NCBI RefSeq assembly: GCF_002113885.1
Contig: NW_018407846.1
Coordinates: 81,492 to 145,491 of the forward strand
Source: Mizuhopecten yessoensis
Taxonomy: Eukaryota
Length of the DNA stretch: 64,000 nucleotides
Direction: 5' to 3'
Each line of letters begins with the position of its first letter. Positions within the stretch are counted from its first letter, which is position 1. Of this stretch, positions 63,701-64,000 are shown in pieces. The notes beneath the pieces were generated by a model. The model was given only the letters and a program-made list of their open reading frames with translations, searched no databases and was not told the origin of the DNA. The position numbers and the translations under genes were made by a program.

Positions 63701-64000
63701 ATTTTTTTTTTTATTTACAATGGAAGTACAGAATTGGTTATGAAAAATACATAAAATTTTATACCTATTTGATGATTGCTATATTTCAAACAAATATGAC
63801 ATTACTACTCCATTTTGCTAGGTTACAACGATGTCGGTGAGTACTGGCGTTCCTGGTATGATACGCCCAGTCTCCGTGACGACCTGGTCATATTGTTAGA
63901 CCGGCTACAGGTGTTATATCTGCAACTTCATACATACGTCAAGGGCAAACTGGTGACGTATTATGGAAAAGAGCATTTCCCGCGGTCAGGCCATATTCCT
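18476..64000 (+). CDS. ACE: Multi-domain (>=3 peptidase M2 domains) angiotensin-converting enzyme-like zinc metallopeptidase gene; 28 coding exons in window, 3' end beyond window
   Basis: Exons splice in phase into one 1445-codon frame: signal peptide, HHEMGH + FHEAIGD (domain 1), HHEMGH + FHEAVGD (domain 2), ACE motifs WxYx[39 protein letters not shown]; third domain begins in exon 60354-60672. Confidence 0.95.
19150..19915. repeat. Degenerate ~25-bp tandem array related to the 45-bp minisatellite
   Basis: Recurring CAGGTGTAACGTATAATTCGTACGTA-like units. Confidence 0.7.
19916..20575 (+). mobile_element. Crypton-derived (DUF3504/ZMYM-KCTD1-type tyrosine recombinase) non-autonomous element
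   Basis: Remnant [31 protein letters not shown]...[21 protein letters not shown] resembles the Crypton YR N-terminus; 6-bp terminal direct repeat TATTAT; ~60-bp-arm 3' hairpin 20427-20566; 5' end is inverted copy of 20407-20422. Confidence 0.78.
20575..24990. repeat. 45-bp minisatellite, ~98 copies
   Basis: Unit TACGTGCAATGTGTATTTYGTACGTACYGGTGTAACTTACTATTA; near-identical core, more diverged ends. Confidence 0.98.
25530..26380 (-). mobile_element. HINE/Helentron-like non-autonomous element with internal tandem subunits
   Basis: Minus strand starts TTTTTTTAGCTCATCTGGTC; repeated AAATTGAGTCCCTTTGCCCAAG...AAATTTGG subunits about every 160-180 bp; distal boundary approximate. Confidence 0.65.
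27948..29680. repeat. 36-bp minisatellite (~48 copies)
   Basis: GATGTTACTTATGACACGTATTATCTATATATTGKA units. Confidence 0.96.
29996..30285. mobile_element. Foldback/MITE-like inverted repeat element
   Basis: Inner arms 30092-30153 / 30197-30260; outer IR CCTTCACGTGATTAT / ATAATCACGCGGAGG. Confidence 0.7.
30990..31145 (+). mobile_element. SINE fragment
   Basis: B-box-like GGTTCGATTCCC followed by degenerate SINE core. Confidence 0.45.
31379..31540 (+). CDS. ACE: ACE-like exon 2
   Basis: tttcag| [54 protein letters not shown] |gttaca. Confidence 0.88.
31574..32003. mobile_element. TIR non-autonomous DNA transposon (CAGG.GCGGAT termini, hAT-like)
   Basis: CAGGCGCGGATTTAGG ... CCTGGATCCGCCCCTG inverted ends; TSD not clear. 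Confidence 0.7.
32247..32478. repeat. 38-bp minisatellite (6 copies), followed by ~3 degenerate ~50-bp units to 32610
   Basis: TGTCACGCAGACCTAACATAACTGGACTGGGTACCACA units. Confidence 0.92.
32837..32927 (+). CDS. ACE: ACE-like exon 3
   Basis: tttcag| [30 protein letters not shown] |gtaaga. Confidence 0.92.
33221..33367 (+). CDS. ACE: ACE-like exon 4
   Basis: ttacag| [49 protein letters not shown] |gtaagg. Confidence 0.92.
33516..33688 (+). mobile_element. tRNA-derived SINE, degenerate, related to 14679-14858
   Basis: GATGGCTTAGTGG head, TTTTCTCCGGGTACTCCGGTTT...CCACCACAAAAACCTG core. Confidence 0.72.
34692..34883 (+). CDS. ACE: ACE-like exon 5
   Basis: 192 nt; DFDNYAEYW...[12 protein letters not shown]...GHIPAHLLG |gtacgt. 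Confidence 0.93.
35572..35736. mobile_element. Long hairpin, probable 3' terminus of a non-autonomous Crypton-type element
   Basis: ~70-bp inverted arms around CCTCGGCAGAGCCTCGGG loop, ending in TATTA. Confidence 0.6.
35860..35957 (+). CDS. ACE: ACE-like exon 6
   Basis: 98 nt; [33 protein letters not shown] |gtaact. Confidence 0.93.
36470..36639 (+). CDS. ACE: ACE-like exon 7
   Basis: 170 nt; [20 protein letters not shown]...[24 protein letters not shown]...DYR |gtgaga. Confidence 0.93.
37180..37304 (+). CDS. ACE: ACE-like exon 8 (domain 1 HEMGH zinc motif)
   Basis: 125 nt; [41 protein letters not shown] |gtatac. Confidence 0.94.
37905..38197. mobile_element. Palindromic MITE/foldback element
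   Basis: Arms TATTCCGTCTTTG.GTATTGCAGAGTTATCTTCTCTTGTG.GCAGGTATTGATTGT and its reverse complement, centre ~38055. Confidence 0.8.
38788..39050 (-). mobile_element. tRNA-SINE 3' portion, minus strand
   Basis: (GGTTT)n tail then TTTAACGTCCTATCAACAGCTA...TTTAAGGA, the reverse complement of the tail of SINE 14679-14858. Confidence 0.72.
39575..39673 (+). CDS. ACE: ACE-like exon 9 (domain 1 third zinc ligand)
   Basis: 99 nt; ttgtag| [33 protein letters not shown] |gtgagg. Confidence 0.93.
40990..41615. repeat. 27-bp minisatellite (~23 copies)
   Basis: CAATCCTACATAA(T/G)GCAACATTACACA units. Confidence 0.95.
41750..42780 (-). mobile_element. Decayed LINE 3' fragment (L1/Tx1-like, zf-RVT region)
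   Basis: Broken minus frames read KWENI...[24 protein letters not shown], similar to the post-RT zf-RVT motif; boundaries approximate. Confidence 0.5.
42884..43028 (+). CDS. ACE: ACE-like exon 10
   Basis: 145 nt; [32 protein letters not shown]...YNSKWWELR |gtaaga. Confidence 0.93.
43705..43803 (+). CDS. ACE: ACE-like exon 11
   Basis: 99 nt; [33 protein letters not shown] |gtaagt. Confidence 0.93.
44038..44160 (+). CDS. ACE: ACE-like exon 12
   Basis: 123 nt; [41 protein letters not shown] |gtgtgt. Confidence 0.93.
44518..44839 (+). CDS. ACE: ACE-like exon 13 (end of domain 1, linker, start of domain 2)
   Basis: [16 protein letters not shown]...YFQPLTDWL...GWTELSCP...[17 protein letters not shown]; donor AAG|gcaggt (GC) or 4 nt later GCAG|gttatg. 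Confidence 0.9.
45203..45367 (+). CDS. ACE: ACE-like exon 14
   Basis: ttgtag| [55 protein letters not shown] |gtaagt (alternative start 45207). Confidence 0.88.
45618..45814 (-). repeat. 3' LTR of BEL/Pao element (197 bp)
   Basis: Direct repeat of 51270-51465; preceded on the minus strand by PPT-like GGCCCCGAGGA. Confidence 0.95.
49964..50473. mobile_element. Non-autonomous TIR DNA transposon (MITE, 3-bp TSD, possibly PIF/Harbinger-like) nested in BEL gag
   Basis: 19-bp TIRs GGTAGCAGAATACAGTAGA / TCTACTGTACACTGCTACC (2 mismatches), ATA duplicated on both sides; removal restores gag codons ...[13 protein letters not shown]. Confidence 0.9.
51257..51268 (-). promoter_or_regulatory. Primer-binding site, tRNA-His type
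   Basis: Minus strand TGGTGCCGTAAC one base after the 5' LTR; near-match to the complement of the tRNA-His 3' end (TGGTGCCGTGAC). Confidence 0.8.
51270..51465 (-). repeat. 5' LTR of BEL/Pao element (196 bp)
   Basis: Direct repeat of 45618-45814; followed on the minus strand by PBS and gag ATG at 51246. Confidence 0.95.
51860..52500 (-). mobile_element. Decayed Penelope-like retroelement RT fragment
   Basis: Broken minus frames KYIDVV...[20 protein letters not shown], resembling the RYIDDV...ELEIKETTDS..SASYLDL motif; tail GACGCTTACCCTCCTGG. Confidence 0.6.
53199..53286 (+). CDS. ACE: ACE-like exon 15
   Basis: 88 nt; [29 protein letters not shown] |gtaagt. Confidence 0.88.
53559..53702 (+). 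CDS. ACE: ACE-like exon 16
   Basis: 144 nt; [48 protein letters not shown] |gtacga. Confidence 0.9.
53931..54122 (+). CDS. ACE: ACE-like exon 17
   Basis: 192 nt; [14 protein letters not shown]...[15 protein letters not shown]...GHVPAHLF |gtaagt. Confidence 0.93.
54617..54714 (+). CDS. ACE: ACE-like exon 18
   Basis: 98 nt; [33 protein letters not shown] |gtgagt. Confidence 0.92.
55013..55182 (+). CDS. ACE: ACE-like exon 19
   Basis: 170 nt; [20 protein letters not shown]...[17 protein letters not shown] |gtaaca. Confidence 0.93.
55838..56061 (+). CDS. ACE: ACE-like exon 20 (domain 2 HEMGH and EAVGD zinc motifs)
   Basis: 224 nt; [28 protein letters not shown]...[28 protein letters not shown] |gtctgt. 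Confidence 0.95.
56304..56957. repeat. 50-bp minisatellite (~13 copies)
   Basis: ATGATAGTTATCACTTTATGGAAGTTTTCTGTTGGTGTTTAGTATTTGGT units. Confidence 0.96.
57031..57175 (+). CDS. ACE: ACE-like exon 21
   Basis: 145 nt; [32 protein letters not shown]...YNEKWWQLR |gtgagt. Confidence 0.94.
57707..57805 (+). CDS. ACE: ACE-like exon 22
   Basis: 99 nt; [33 protein letters not shown] |gtgaaa. Confidence 0.93.
57858..58099. repeat. ~122-bp tandem duplication (2 copies)
   Basis: CAAA.ATCAACAATTAGGAAATGGGAGGG...GGGCCCTATTCAAATGAAG.GGACCT repeated. Confidence 0.9.
58250..58372 (+). CDS. ACE: ACE-like exon 23
   Basis: 123 nt; [41 protein letters not shown] |gtaagt. Confidence 0.93.
58800..60120. repeat. 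32-bp minisatellite (~40 copies)
   Basis: ATATCATTGACAACATGTCGTACTGATTAGAT units; degenerate to ~60300. Confidence 0.95.
60354..60672 (+). CDS. ACE: ACE-like exon 24 (end of domain 2, linker, start of domain 3)
   Basis: 319 nt; [14 protein letters not shown]...YFKPLTDWL...[24 protein letters not shown]...[17 protein letters not shown] |gtaggt. Confidence 0.93.
61579..61737 (+). CDS. ACE: ACE-like exon 25 (domain 3)
   Basis: 159 nt; [53 protein letters not shown] |gtacat. Confidence 0.87.
62688..62775 (+). CDS. ACE: ACE-like exon 26 (domain 3)
   Basis: 88 nt; [29 protein letters not shown] |gtaaga. Confidence 0.9.
63467..63610 (+). CDS. ACE: ACE-like exon 27 (domain 3)
   Basis: 144 nt; [48 protein letters not shown] |gtaaat. 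Confidence 0.92.
63822..64000 (+). CDS. ACE: ACE-like exon 28 (domain 3), truncated by window edge
   Basis: tgctag| [22 protein letters not shown]...[13 protein letters not shown]...HFPRSGHIP. Confidence 0.92.

Noticed and set aside
44518-64000. Three separate tandem ACE paralogues
   Set aside because: Domain junctions lie within single open exons, with no stop, new signal peptide or intergenic gap

Overview
AT-rich, intron-rich animal genomic DNA; the repeat types (HINE/Helentron-like elements, tRNA-SINEs with AAACC tails, Crypton-type hairpin elements) suggest a bivalve mollusc, which is inference only. The dominant feature is a + strand angiotensin-converting-enzyme-like gene (peptidase M2). 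I traced it by hand through 28 in-phase coding exons from ATG 18476 to the window edge (4335 nt, 1445 codons, no stop). It encodes a signal peptide, two complete catalytic domains (both HEMGH...FHEA[I/V]GD) and then, without any transmembrane segment or stop, the first ~40% of a THIRD M2 domain, so it is an ACE with at least three tandem domains. Its introns hold a complete but decayed BEL/Pao LTR retrotransposon (LTRs, 5-bp TSD, tRNA-His PBS) with a nested TIR MITE, a Crypton-derived element inserted in the first unit of a 4.4-kb 45-bp minisatellite, Penelope and L1/Tx1 remnants, SINEs, MITEs and several unrelated minisatellites. The first 16 kb is mostly repeats, plus weak evidence for the 5' end (TATA/CCAAT promoter, first exon, micro-exons) of a divergent minus-strand gene.
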